Positions 48,068-57,279 are shown, counted from the stretch's first letter. The stretch is 64,000 nucleotides of DNA from Sphingobacteriales bacterium (GCA_016185185.1 JACPOD010000026.1:1790-65789), one strand, 5' to 3'. Notes: generated by a model from the sequence alone, not told the origin. Numbers and translations: made by a program.

Positions 48068-48520
48068 ATGAAAGCAGCAAAGGGTAGTAAAGTTAAAGTG
48101 CATTATACAGGTCGCTTAAACAGTGGCGAACAATTCGATTCTTCTGCAGGTCGTGAACCCCTTGAATTTGAAGTGGGTGCTGGTATGATGATCAAAGGTT
48201 TTGATGATGCCGTGGTAGGTATGGTAGTAGGCGATAAAAAAACAATAACCATTGCACCACAGGATGGTTATGGTGAAGCGAATTCCGATATGATCGTAGA
48301 ATTTCCAAGAGACCGTTTTCCTGAGGATATGATGCCTGAAGTGGGTATGCAGTTAAACATGAGCAATGGTGCCGGGCAAAATTTTCCTGTAACCATTGTT
48401 GAAGTAAAAGAAGAGACAGTAACACTTGATGCCAATCATTTTCTTGCCGGTAAAGATCTCATCTTCGATATTGAAATGGTAGAAGTGAGCGGGGGCAGTC
48501 CGTTAATAATAATGCCTTAA
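48068..48520 (+). CDS. slyD: FKBP-type peptidyl-prolyl cis-trans isomerase (SlyD-like, no His tail)
   Basis: VKVHYTGRL..G..FDSS...PLEFEVGAGMMIKGFDDAV, plus an IF-domain insert. Confidence 0.85.
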   Translation: MKAAKGSKVKVHYTGRLNSGEQFDSSAGREPLEFEVGAGMMIKGFDDAVVGMVVGDKKTITIAPQDGYGEANSDMIVEFPRDRFPEDMMPEVGMQLNMSNGAGQNFPVTIVEVKEETVTLDANHFLAGKDLIFDIEMVEVSGGSPLIIMP

Positions 48521-48541
48521 TTAGTTTTAAGTAATAAGCGT

Positions 48542-48587
48542 TAAGTCAGAAGTTGTACTGGGTACGGTTTCTGACTTATTTATTTTG
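48542..48587. terminator. hairpin terminator between convergent slyD and CPBP genes
   Basis: 10-bp stem taagtcagaa / ttctgactta with a 17-nt loop, followed by tttattttg. Confidence 0.6.
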
Positions 48588-49479
48588 CCTGAATAGCTAA
48601 AGCTTTCCTTGTTTTTTTATGATAACTTAGTCCAAGAATAACAGTAAATATGATGACCAGCACAGAAGCGATAATACTTCCCTCAAATCCAAACTTTCCA
48701 CCGGTTATTATTTCATTGCCATGAATATCCAGTTGAAAAATACTTTGAAAATTCAGTCCGCTCACTTCGTATCCCATAACCGGGCCCTGAAAAAAATTCC
48801 ACGCAAAATGCAGCACAACCGCATACCATAAATTTTGTGTATAAATATAATTGATGCCTAAAATGAGTCCTGCAAGGATAATATTGATAAAAGCCAGCCA
48901 GCTAAAACTGGGATTGGTGGCATGAGCAATTCCGAAGATCAGCGCTGACAGGATCAATGCTACATACCGGTTAGTGGATTGCATCAGGTTATGAAGTATA
49001 TAACCTCTGAATACACTTTCTTCAGCAATCGCAACTAAAACCATAATGCCGAATGATATAAAGAGATCCTCCCCGTTAATGAACCAGCCGGTGAACCGTA
49101 CATAATTAAAAGCAATAAGAATAAATGTTCCGGTTCCGATAATGGCAATGGCTGTACATAATCCAATCAATGCATGTGAAACATGATTTTGTAATTCCCA
49201 GCCAAGACTGAAAATACTTTTCCGGTCAATATATTTTCTGAAAAGAAAAACAAATAAAATGCTGACAGTAAAGTTGTACAAAACAATATAGAGGATAGGC
49301 ATAATACTGTCCTGTGCATTCAGTTGCTTTAGTGCATCCTGCATGTTACCGGCAACATTCGTTACCATCATCATTAATAAAATTAAAAAGGACCCGGTCA
49401 CCAGTACTGAAAAATAGAGTACACAAAATACCAGCACACGTATCCAGCCCTGTTTAATTAATGGTTCTTTCTGATTCAT
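48580..49479 (-). CDS. CPBP (CAAX) family intramembrane glutamic endopeptidase
   Basis: EESVFRG is motif 1. FGIAHATN is motif 2. HFAWNF is motif 3. The protein is polytopic. Confidence 0.8.
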   Translation of the reverse strand: MNQKEPLIKQGWIRVLVFCVLYFSVLVTGSFLILLMMMVTNVAGNMQDALKQLNAQDSIMPILYIVLYNFTVSILFVFLFRKYIDRKSIFSLGWELQNHVSHALIGLCTAIAIIGTGTFILIAFNYVRFTGWFINGEDLFISFGIMVLVAIAEESVFRGYILHNLMQSTNRYVALILSALIFGIAHATNPSFSWLAFINIILAGLILGINYIYTQNLWYAVVLHFAWNFFQGPVMGYEVSGLNFQSIFQLDIHGNEIITGGKFGFEGSIIASVLVIIFTVILGLSYHKKTRKALAIQAK

Positions 49480-49551
49480 ACAACCAAATTAAATTAAGTT
49501 TTGGTAAGTTGATAAACTTTACAAAAGTTTGCATCCACAAAATTTCAGCAC

Positions 49552-50808
49552 ATGTTTATACAGGTAAATGAAAACCAGCTGGCCGAACGTTTTATGCGGT
49601 ATGTAAAAGTGGATACACAAAGTGATCCGCTGAGTAATACGTATCCCACTACCGAAAAGCAAAAGGATCTTTCCCGCATCCTCGTGCAGGAATTACAGGG
49701 CATGGGTATAAGCGATGCACACCTGGATGAACATGGCTATGTGTATGCTACGATACCATCCAACAGCAGTAAAAAAAATATTCCGGTTATCTGTTATTGT
49801 GCCCATGTGGATACAGCGCCTGACTGCAGTGGCACGGATGTTAAACCCATCCTACATAAAAATTATGATGGTGCAGCTATTGTGTTGCCCGATGATAATT
49901 TACAGGTATTAACATTGGAAGCTTATCCTTATTTGAAAAATCATATAGGAGCTGATATCATTACTGCCAGTGGAAAAACATTACTCGGCAGTGATGATAA
50001 AGCCGGTGTGGCAGAGATCATGGAGTTTGCCTATTATGTAATGACGCATCCTGAAATTAATCATGGTGAAATAAAATTATTGTTTACACCGGATGAAGAA
50101 GTGGGCAAAGGGACAGCGAATGTGGATCTGAAAAAGTTAGGAGCACAATATGGTTATACATTGGATGGTGGTGAAGCCGGTGATCTGGAAGACGAAACCT
50201 TTAGTGCAGATGCAGCACATATTATTGTAAATGGTGTTATCTCACATCCCGGTTATGCCAAAGGGAAGATGGTGAATGCTTTGAAAATCGCCGGTGAAAT
50301 TTTAGCAGCGTTACCGAAGAATGAATTTAGTCCGGAGACTACGGAAAAACGGGAAGGTTTTGTGCACCCAACAAGAGTGGATGGTATAGCAGAAAAAGCA
50401 ACCATTGAATTTATAGTTCGTGATTTTGATACAGCGAGGTTAGCCCAACATCAAGCAAGACTAAAATCCATTGCAGAAAAAGTATTGAGTAATTATCCCA
50501 ACTGCAATATGGAGTTCCATGTACAGGAACAATACCGCAACATGAAAGAAATACTGGATCAAAACCCTCATGTAGTAACTAATGCTGAAGAAGCTATTAA
50601 ACGGGCAGGTTTATCGGTAAGAAAAGAAGCCATCCGTGGCGGTACCGATGGCAGCCGCTTAAGTTTTATGGGGTTGCCTTGCCCCAATCTTTTTGCAGGT
50701 GAACAAGCGATTCACTCCAAATTAGAATGGATAGGTGTAAAGGACATGGTTAAAGCTGTGGAAACACTTTTGCATCTTTCAATGATTTGGGAAGAGAAGA
50801 GTGAATAG
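49552..50808 (+). CDS. pepT: peptidase T (tripeptide aminopeptidase, M20B)
   Basis: RFMRYVKVDTQSD, CAHVDTAPD, LGSDDKAG and FTPDEEVG motifs. Its stop codon lies inside the repeat arm. Confidence 0.92.
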   Translation: MFIQVNENQLAERFMRYVKVDTQSDPLSNTYPTTEKQKDLSRILVQELQGMGISDAHLDEHGYVYATIPSNSSKKNIPVICYCAHVDTAPDCSGTDVKPILHKNYDGAAIVLPDDNLQVLTLEAYPYLKNHIGADIITASGKTLLGSDDKAGVAEIMEFAYYVMTHPEINHGEIKLLFTPDEEVGKGTANVDLKKLGAQYGYTLDGGEAGDLEDETFSADAAHIIVNGVISHPGYAKGKMVNALKIAGEILAALPKNEFSPETTEKREGFVHPTRVDGIAEKATIEFIVRDFDTARLAQHQARLKSIAEKVLSNYPNCNMEFHVQEQYRNMKEILDQNPHVVTNAEEAIKRAGLSVRKEAIRGGTDGSRLSFMGLPCPNLFAGEQAIHSKLEWIGVKDMVKAVETLLHLSMIWEEKSE

Positions 50809-50873
50809 TGAAAAATGAAAAATGAATAATCGGGTCTTTATATTTTTCACTTTGCTCTTTTCATTTTTCATTT
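50800..50873. repeat. paired inverted heptamer arrays (AGTGAAT/AATGAAA words) between convergent genes
   Basis: Left arm agtgaat agtgaaa aatgaaa aatgaat aat. Right arm atttttcactttgctcttttcatttttcattt. The stop codons of both flanking genes fall in or at the arms. Confidence 0.85.
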
Positions 50874-51219
50874 AAATCTCTTCTTTCCAAATGCGCATAT
50901 ACCAGTAAATGGGGAAGCCTATGCCACCGGTAAAAATAAATACCAGTACCCATATTACTCTTTCACCACCCTGCACCAGTTTATTATTGATCATATGTAC
51001 GATAAAATAAATAAGTGCTGCCAGTTTTAGTACAGCAGTAATAATGGCCACTATAACAAGGGGCCACATAGTATTCCATACGGTAAAAAAATCTGGCTCC
51101 GTATGATCCCAGTAAGCAAACTGCGGTATCATGGTCAGCACCATGATGATGATAACAAAGGCAGAAAGGATGGGCAGGAAACTAAATATCCCTGACAGTA
51201 TTTTTGAATTGCGGCTCAT
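50872..51219 (-). CDS. small membrane protein with PLD-nuclease-N-terminal-like (PLDc_N) motif
   Basis: 115 aa, 3 TM helices, C-terminal GGIGFPIYWYM. Confidence 0.5.
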   Translation of the reverse strand: MSRNSKILSGIFSFLPILSAFVIIIMVLTMIPQFAYWDHTEPDFFTVWNTMWPLVIVAIITAVLKLAALIYFIVHMINNKLVQGGERVIWVLVFIFTGGIGFPIYWYMRIWKEEI

Positions 51220-51363
51220 GTCTTATGATTTATGCTAAAGATATTTCAAAATTCAGTCAGGTATAGCTGATTTTCGTCAAGCGTTGTTTTTACTGCGTCA
51301 AACATCCTGTACAGTGGGTGAGTGGAAAGAGGGTTTTAAAAGGAAAAAGAGGTTAGCTCGTCA

Positions 51364-51458
51364 TTTTGAACCACAGAGACACTCCGGACACAGAGCAGCA
51401 CAGCACAGAGATATTTCTCCGTGATAACTTAGTGTCTCCCTGTCTCCGTGGTTCAAAA
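51364..51458. repeat. palindromic element with TTTTGAACCAC(A/G)GAGAC termini
   Basis: The 18-nt termini match 17/18 as an inverted repeat (51364-51381 vs 51441-51458). The interior is rich in CACAGAG-type words. Confidence 0.85.
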
Positions 51459-51518
51459 AAAATCAAAACAGCGGCACTTGCTGTTTTCTTACTACTTTAG
51501 CCTTATAAATGATTCTTT

Positions 51519-52466
51519 ATGCAAAACTTAATTTTTGAATACTGGTGGTTGATCCTTTTATTCTTTGTTGTAATGAGCGGATTCTTTACCATCAACCAGG
51601 GCTTTGTTGGCGTTATTACCATGTTTGGAAAATACAGGAGAGCAGTGGGGCCCGGCTTACACTTTAAAATTCCTTTCTTTGAAATGGTAACCAAAAAGAT
51701 CTCCATTCAAAACCGTTCGGTGGAATTAGAGTTCCAGGCGGTAACTATGGATCAGGCCAATGTATATTTCAAAAGCATGTTACTCTATTCCGTACAAAAC
51801 CAGGAAGAGGAAACCATCAAAAGAGTAGCTTTTAAATTTATTGCTGATCGTGACCTGATGCAGGCGTTGACAAGAACCATCGAAGGTTCTATCCGTGCTT
51901 TTGTAGCTACTAAGAAACAAGCGGAAATCCTCGGACAACGAAGAGAGATCGTTGAATATGTAAAAGACCAGATCGATCAAACATTGGAGAACTGGGGTTA
52001 TCACCTGCAGGACTTACAAATCAACGATATCACTTTTGACCAGGCCATTATGGATAGCATGAGTAAAGTAGTTGCCTCTAACAACTTAAAAGCTGCTGCT
52101 GAAAATGAAGGCCAGGCTTTATTGATTACGAAAACAAAAGCCGCCGAAGCAGAAGGTAATGCCATCAAGATCGCTGCCGAAGCAGAGAGAGAAGCAGCAA
52201 GATTGCGTGGACAGGGTGTGGCTTTGTTCCGCCAGGAAGTGGCTAAGGGTATGACCGAAGCAGCCGAGCAAATGAAGCAAGCCAATCTCGATACCAATGT
52301 AATTCTCTTTAGCATGTGGACAGAAGCCATTAAAAACTTTGCTGAGTTTGGCAAAGGCAATGTCATCTTCCTCGACGGCAGCAGCGAAGGCATGGAAAAA
52401 ACCATGAAACAAATTTGCTCAGCATTTGTAATACAGCTCATCAAGGCTTCGACAAGCTCAGCCTGA
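51519..52466 (+). CDS. SPFH/band-7 (stomatin/prohibitin-like) family protein
   Basis: N-terminal TM helix, then the band-7 core INQGFVGVITMFGKYRR. The C-terminal region is Ala/Glu-rich. Confidence 0.85.
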   Translation: MQNLIFEYWWLILLFFVVMSGFFTINQGFVGVITMFGKYRRAVGPGLHFKIPFFEMVTKKISIQNRSVELEFQAVTMDQANVYFKSMLLYSVQNQEEETIKRVAFKFIADRDLMQALTRTIEGSIRAFVATKKQAEILGQRREIVEYVKDQIDQTLENWGYHLQDLQINDITFDQAIMDSMSKVVASNNLKAAAENEGQALLITKTKAAEAEGNAIKIAAEAEREAARLRGQGVALFRQEVAKGMTEAAEQMKQANLDTNVILFSMWTEAIKNFAEFGKGNVIFLDGSSEGMEKTMKQICSAFVIQLIKASTSSA

Positions 52467-52527
52467 CATTTACTAAAAGAAAGATTTAATGTCTGATTGA
52501 TATTACTTTCTTTTTAAAATCAACCAT

Positions 52528-53253
52528 ATGAACCGTAAACAATTTTTATCCGCTTCAGGTGTACTGGCTGCTACCAGTATTTTGCCAACATCATCTGTAT
52601 TAGCACAACATTATGATGATAACGGATTGGATAAACTCACCGATGCAGCCGGTAATTTTCAGCACCTTCCATTGCCTTACAATAAAAACTTTTTGGAACC
52701 TCATATGGATGAAGAAACCGTTTACCTCCATCACACCTTCCATCATGGTGGGGCTGTAAAAGCAGCGAACGGCGATCTGCAAAAGATAAGAAAGGCCATG
52801 GATGAAAATAATTTAGAAACGGTGGACTACTGGACAAAGAAACTATCCTATCATTTTTCTTCGCATGTACTGCACACTATTTTCTGGACCAATCTCACCA
52901 ACAAAAAAACAGATCCATCCGGTGAACTGATGAAACGGATGGAAAAAGATTTTGGCAGCTACGATAAATTAAAAGGCTATCTCGCCAAAACATCCAAAGA
53001 TGTGGATGGGAATGGTTGGGGAATATTGGGTTACCAGCCATACTCCAATAAACTAACGGTAATGCAGTGCGAAAATCATGAACGCCTTACCCAATGGGGA
53101 GTAATTCCTTTACTGGTGGTGGATATATGGGAACATGCGTACTATCTTAAATACAAAAACAAAAGAGCCGATTTTGTAGATACCATGTTCCAGATCATCA
53201 ACTGGGATAATGTGGCCGATCGCCTCAACACCGCCACCAAATTTGCGATGTAA
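52528..53253 (+). CDS. Fe/Mn superoxide dismutase with N-terminal export (Tat-like) signal
   Basis: YLHHTFHH and DIWEHAYYL are metal-ligand motifs. They are preceded by MNRKQFLSASGVLAATSILPTSSVLA. Confidence 0.9.
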   Translation: MNRKQFLSASGVLAATSILPTSSVLAQHYDDNGLDKLTDAAGNFQHLPLPYNKNFLEPHMDEETVYLHHTFHHGGAVKAANGDLQKIRKAMDENNLETVDYWTKKLSYHFSSHVLHTIFWTNLTNKKTDPSGELMKRMEKDFGSYDKLKGYLAKTSKDVDGNGWGILGYQPYSNKLTVMQCENHERLTQWGVIPLLVVDIWEHAYYLKYKNKRADFVDTMFQIINWDNVADRLNTATKFAM

Positions 53254-53292
53254 GCAATGAAGTCAAAAGTAAAAATTCAAAATAAAGAATCC

Positions 53293-53524
53293 CACAGGGA
53301 TTCCTTACCAATTCAACATTCAAAATTCATCATTCAGCATTCAAAATAATCCACCCCGCAGGGGATTCCTCATTCATTCAAAATTCATCATTCAGCATTC
53401 AAAATAATCCACCCCGCAGGGGATTCCTCATTCATTCAAAATTCATCATTCAGCATTCAAAATAATCCACCCCGCAGGGGATTCCTCATTCATTCAAAAT
53501 TTATAATTCAAAATTTAAAATAAT
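53293..53524 (+). repeat. tandem array, 4 units of 58 bp (two central units identical)
   Basis: The unit is ccaccccgcaggggattcctcattcattcaaaattcatcattcagcattcaaaataat, with copies at 53351 and 53409 (identical) and diverged copies at 53293 and 53467. Each unit is a GC mini-hairpin plus ATTCANN heptamers. Confidence 0.92.
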
Positions 53525-53525
53525 A

Positions 53526-53546
53526 AAGCGGCTTTGCCGCTTTTTG
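53526..53546 (+). terminator. rho-independent terminator downstream of SOD gene and repeat array
   Basis: Stem agcggc / gccgct with loop ttt, followed by ttttt. Confidence 0.7.
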
Positions 53547-53649
53547 CATTTTTATAACATACCAAAACGCTGTTCTTTCGTTCTATGGCGGGATTTTTGG
53601 CTGTAAAGATTAATTTAAGGATCAATACGGTTAAAAGCACTGATTGATT

Positions 53650-53657
53650 TACATTTG
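53650..53657 (+). promoter_or_regulatory. -7 box TAcaTTTG upstream of exbB
   Basis: tacatttg lies 20 nt upstream of the ATG at 53677. Confidence 0.45.
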
Positions 53658-53676
53658 TCAATAAACTTACACCCAC

Positions 53677-54369
53677 ATGAAGTTTTTTTTATTGCAGGTA
53701 GTTACCGACTCGTTACAGAAAGCAGCAGAAACGGCCAACGGAACCGGTAAAGAGTTAAGCATGCTGGAATTGCTGATGAAAGGTGGCTGGATCATGCTCC
53801 CACTCCTGGTACTCAGTCTCATCGCTGTATATGTGTTTGTAGAAAGATGGATGGCCATCAACAAAGCCTCCCAGATTGATGAAAATTTTATGAACATCAT
53901 CCGGGATCATATTGTGAGTGGCAATGTTACCGCCGCCCGTTCGCTGGCCAAAAATACCAATAACCCCGTGGCCAGAATTATTGATAAAGGTCTGCAGCGT
54001 ATTGGCAAACCCATTGAAGCCATTGAAAAAAGTATGGAGAATGTGGGCAAACTGGAAGTATATAAATTAGAAAAAAATACAGGCGCCTTATCCGTTATCA
54101 GCGGTATTGCGCCGATGTTTGGATTCCTTGGTACCATTGTAGGGATGGTGCAGTTGTTTATGAAGATCAATATTACCAATGAATACAACCTGGCGATTAT
54201 CTCCGGTGGTATCTATACCAAGATGGTGACCAGTGCCGTGGGATTGATCATTGGGTTGATGGCTTATGTGGCCTACAACTTTTTAAACTCACAAATCAAT
54301 AAAACGGTGAACAAGATGGAAAGTGCCAGCGCCGAGTTTATTGATGTGCTGTATCAACCAACGCATTGA
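53677..54369 (+). CDS. exbB: MotA/TolQ/ExbB proton-channel family protein
   Basis: 230 aa, 3 TM helices, IAPMFGFLGTIVGM motif. Confidence 0.85.
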   Translation: MKFFLLQVVTDSLQKAAETANGTGKELSMLELLMKGGWIMLPLLVLSLIAVYVFVERWMAINKASQIDENFMNIIRDHIVSGNVTAARSLAKNTNNPVARIIDKGLQRIGKPIEAIEKSMENVGKLEVYKLEKNTGALSVISGIAPMFGFLGTIVGMVQLFMKINITNEYNLAIISGGIYTKMVTSAVGLIIGLMAYVAYNFLNSQINKTVNKMESASAEFIDVLYQPTH

Positions 54370-54441
54370 TGAGTCGTGAATCGTGAGGCGTGAGTGGCAG
54401 GAGGCAAATAATTTATAATTTAAAATTCAGCATTTAAAATT
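54370..54441 (+). repeat. composite element in the exbB-exbD spacer: 4 x TGANNCG + spacer + 5 x TAAAATT-type heptamers
   Basis: Sequence reads tgagtcg tgaatcg tgaggcg tgagtgg (54370-54397), then aataatt tataatt taaaatt cagcatt taaaatt (54407-54441). Confidence 0.85.
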
Positions 54442-54445
54442 TCCA

Positions 54446-54844
54446 ATGAATTTCAGAAAACGATTAAAAGACAAGCCCGAAATGCATACCAGTGCACTGA
54501 ATGATATCCTGTTCATTCTGCTGCTGTTCTTTTTAATTGTTTCTACCCTGGCCAATCCCAATATTGTAAAAGTGAATACACCCAAAGGCAAGAGCGACAG
54601 TAAGGCCAAACAAAGTATAGTAGTCTCCATTGATAATAAACATAACATTTACATCGGGCAGAAGGCAGTTCCTTTATTTGCCATTGATAGTTTGCTGAAA
54701 GAAGCTACTAAGAAGATGGGAATAGATACACCGGTAATTACCATTAATGCCGATACTTCTGCCATGTATGGCGAATTCTTTAAAGTGCTGAATGCTGCTA
54801 AAAAAGCCGGTGCAAAAGTTACGGCGAATGTTACGGCAAATTGA
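54446..54844 (+). CDS. exbD: biopolymer transporter ExbD/TolR
   Basis: 132 aa, with LNDILFILLLFFLIVS as the TM helix. Confidence 0.85.
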   Translation: MNFRKRLKDKPEMHTSALNDILFILLLFFLIVSTLANPNIVKVNTPKGKSDSKAKQSIVVSIDNKHNIYIGQKAVPLFAIDSLLKEATKKMGIDTPVITINADTSAMYGEFFKVLNAAKKAGAKVTANVTAN

Positions 54845-54846
54845 GT

Positions 54847-55785
54847 TTATTTCTTATTGTTAATGCTAATATTACTTGTCTTTCTTATTACAACTCCCTT
54901 GCTGTAGTCAATTTTAATTTTCGATATTCCTTTATCTGAATAATACAACCAGATACCATCTTTAACAGAGTTTATATTACTACTAACGGTTCCGTAGGCG
55001 CTTGTAGCATATCTATTCTTTTTCTTGATTGGGGGAGTGACTTTCTGTGTATGATTAGGGATATTGGTATTTATAACCACATAATTACCTTTTACCTTTA
55101 CTTGCCCATTTGGATAATATTCTAAATACTCCCCTGATAATCTGCCATCCCTGTAATTCTCTTTTTTTATCATAGTACCATCTGAATCGTAATAAGTCCA
55201 TACTCCTTCATTATAATAACCCGTCTTAAATCCCTTTTCTTTAATTTGTCCGTTTTCATAATATAAGGTACACTCCCCATTTTCTTTATCATCAATAAAG
55301 TTTTGGATTAGTTTAGTTTTCCCGGAGGCATAATAAATAGTTTCGGTACCCTGCCTCAATCCATACTTATAAGTTCCGGAAGAAACTTTTTTGTAAACTC
55401 CGTTAATTGGTATATAAGAAAGAAATTCACCATTCTTTACGCTGTCTTTTATTTCAAATACAGTGATGTCATATTCTCTAAATTCCCATGTTTTAAACAT
55501 TTTCCCCCTGCCATCTTTAAGAATCTGAATTCCATCAGCAGTCCAACATCTTAAATATTTGGTACGGCCTGTGTCACTTTGAATTTCTTCTGACATTTTC
55601 TGGCCATTCTCATACCAATAAGTCCATAGTCCAAAAGACGTTTCAGAAACGCTGTCAATTCTTTTAAAGTAGCCTCTTGAGTATAGACGGCCGCTTTGAT
55701 AAAAATCATCTTCCATTCTAAGTTGCTGGGCAGATATAGAAACAGTAGTAAGTGTAAGTAATAGTATAATAAAATTAAATCGCAT
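54847..55785 (-). CDS. MORN-variant repeat protein (YwqK-family-like), exported
   Basis: Signal peptide and repeated G.W..YYENGQ.K..G.Y..G...G.W motifs. Confidence 0.6.
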   Translation of the reverse strand: MRFNFIILLLTLTTVSISAQQLRMEDDFYQSGRLYSRGYFKRIDSVSETSFGLWTYWYENGQKMSEEIQSDTGRTKYLRCWTADGIQILKDGRGKMFKTWEFREYDITVFEIKDSVKNGEFLSYIPINGVYKKVSSGTYKYGLRQGTETIYYASGKTKLIQNFIDDKENGECTLYYENGQIKEKGFKTGYYNEGVWTYYDSDGTMIKKENYRDGRLSGEYLEYYPNGQVKVKGNYVVINTNIPNHTQKVTPPIKKKNRYATSAYGTVSSNINSVKDGIWLYYSDKGISKIKIDYSKGVVIRKTSNISINNKK

Positions 55786-55848
55786 AAATGATAGATGGCT
55801 TTACTATCCCGGCAGGGTCTGGCTCGTCCGTCCCTGCGCAGAGAGAAT

Positions 55849-56883
55849 TTATTTATTTTGCCTGATTTTAATAATTACACCAAACATTTTATCAGCAATA
55901 TGATAATCAGCTTTAAGCTGTTTTTTACTTATTAGCGTTAACTCAATAAAGTTTGAATCATTTATACTGAAAAGATCTGATTCATAATTTTCTACAAGTG
56001 GTTTACCATTTACGATGTAAGCTACGGTTGCTTCCGTTTCAAGATTAGGTATTTTTTTTAAGTAATCAGCAGATTTTTCTTTAAAAAATGACCAATAATG
56101 ATTCCGTGCAAAAGATTTTGTAATAATATATATAACACCATTTTTTGCCTGAGGGCCTGCCAGCTTAATGGCTCCAGCATCTTTATAAACTGATACTAAT
56201 GCAATATCTGTGGGTTGATACGCCTCTTCTATAAAAGCTTTGTTTGTTCTGATGCTGTCAACAAAATACATTGGCTCGTCTGCTGAAAACAAACTAAAAG
56301 AATTATTCTTATTATAGATGCTGTAACACGAAACAACAAGATCAATAGCTTCAACTGGTTTTTCTGCATAATAAGCCTCATCAACGGGATATTGGGGTTG
56401 TTTCGTTTTATCAATTTTTACAAAAAAATAAAGTGTATCGTTGCTCAGGCTCCAATAATCAGAACAGCCACGGGAGCCCCATGTGTTGCGTTTAGGGTAT
56501 AATTTTAATACATCTTTGGCAAGTAATACCTTCATATTTACTTCATTGCCATCAGGAAGTTTGCCGGCAAAATCTTTCGTCAACCGTATTTTGCTAATAT
56601 ATCCCTCTCTGTCTTTTTGAAAGATTATGCCCGGGTATTTAGGCGAATAATATCCTTTTCTGTTTTCAAACCGTGAGTCTTCTACAAACCCATCGTTGCA
56701 AGGACCCATTTCTTCAACAGTTACTTCTTTTAATTCATTATCTATAGCTTTTATTTCTGCCAGGGTTGTTTTGCAAAGACAAAAACCGGAAATAGTTATT
56801 TTATTTGCAAGTAAAGAATCTATCTGGGCAAAAGAACTGAGTCGGAGTGTAAGAAGGATAATGATAAATAGTTTGTGATACAT
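55849..56883 (-). CDS. exported hypothetical protein
   Basis: Signal peptide MYHKLFIIILLTLRLSSFAQ. The gene is AT-rich and has no recognisable catalytic motif. Confidence 0.4.
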   Translation of the reverse strand: MYHKLFIIILLTLRLSSFAQIDSLLANKITISGFCLCKTTLAEIKAIDNELKEVTVEEMGPCNDGFVEDSRFENRKGYYSPKYPGIIFQKDREGYISKIRLTKDFAGKLPDGNEVNMKVLLAKDVLKLYPKRNTWGSRGCSDYWSLSNDTLYFFVKIDKTKQPQYPVDEAYYAEKPVEAIDLVVSCYSIYNKNNSFSLFSADEPMYFVDSIRTNKAFIEEAYQPTDIALVSVYKDAGAIKLAGPQAKNGVIYIITKSFARNHYWSFFKEKSADYLKKIPNLETEATVAYIVNGKPLVENYESDLFSINDSNFIELTLISKKQLKADYHIADKMFGVIIKIRQNK

Positions 56884-56976
56884 GATTATTGGTTATAGAA
56901 GCTAAAGTTACCTATTTCCCTCCACGGACCAGCTATATATGATGCATGCGTCATACCCTGCGGGGAAAGGAGAGGA

Positions 56977-57279
56977 CTAGATACACAGTTCAACTTTTAT
57001 GTTGTGGCCAACTTCAATGATTTCTTTTTTTCTGATAGCTGCTTTCAGCGGAAGTAAATAGGTGTTCAATTTCGTGTCGAACCAGATGGCTGTTTTCCAT
57101 TCACTCTTTCCAATTTTTGCTAATGCCTTTAATCGCCCCCAACCTTCTTCTTCAGATCGGAGGGCCGCTCTTATTTCTTTTGACAATGCTTTGGGAAGTG
57201 AAACAAAATACCCGCCGTTAGGTCCGGTATATTGCCAGGGTTTGCCGGTAAATGCATATTTTATTTTTCCACCTTTCAT
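56977..57279 (-). CDS. DUF1905 domain protein
   Basis: 100 aa with WQYTGPNGGYFVSLP, WGRLKA and WKTAIW patterns. Confidence 0.65.
   Translation of the reverse strand: MKGGKIKYAFTGKPWQYTGPNGGYFVSLPKALSKEIRAALRSEEEGWGRLKALAKIGKSEWKTAIWFDTKLNTYLLPLKAAIRKKEIIEVGHNIKVELCI

Noticed and set aside
53293-53524. Regularly spaced repeats that could be taken for a CRISPR array.
   Set aside because: The whole 58-bp period repeats, and units 2 and 3 are identical. There are therefore no unique spacers, no cas genes are in the window, and the unit is AT-rich with heptamer substructure. It is a tandem repeat, not CRISPR.
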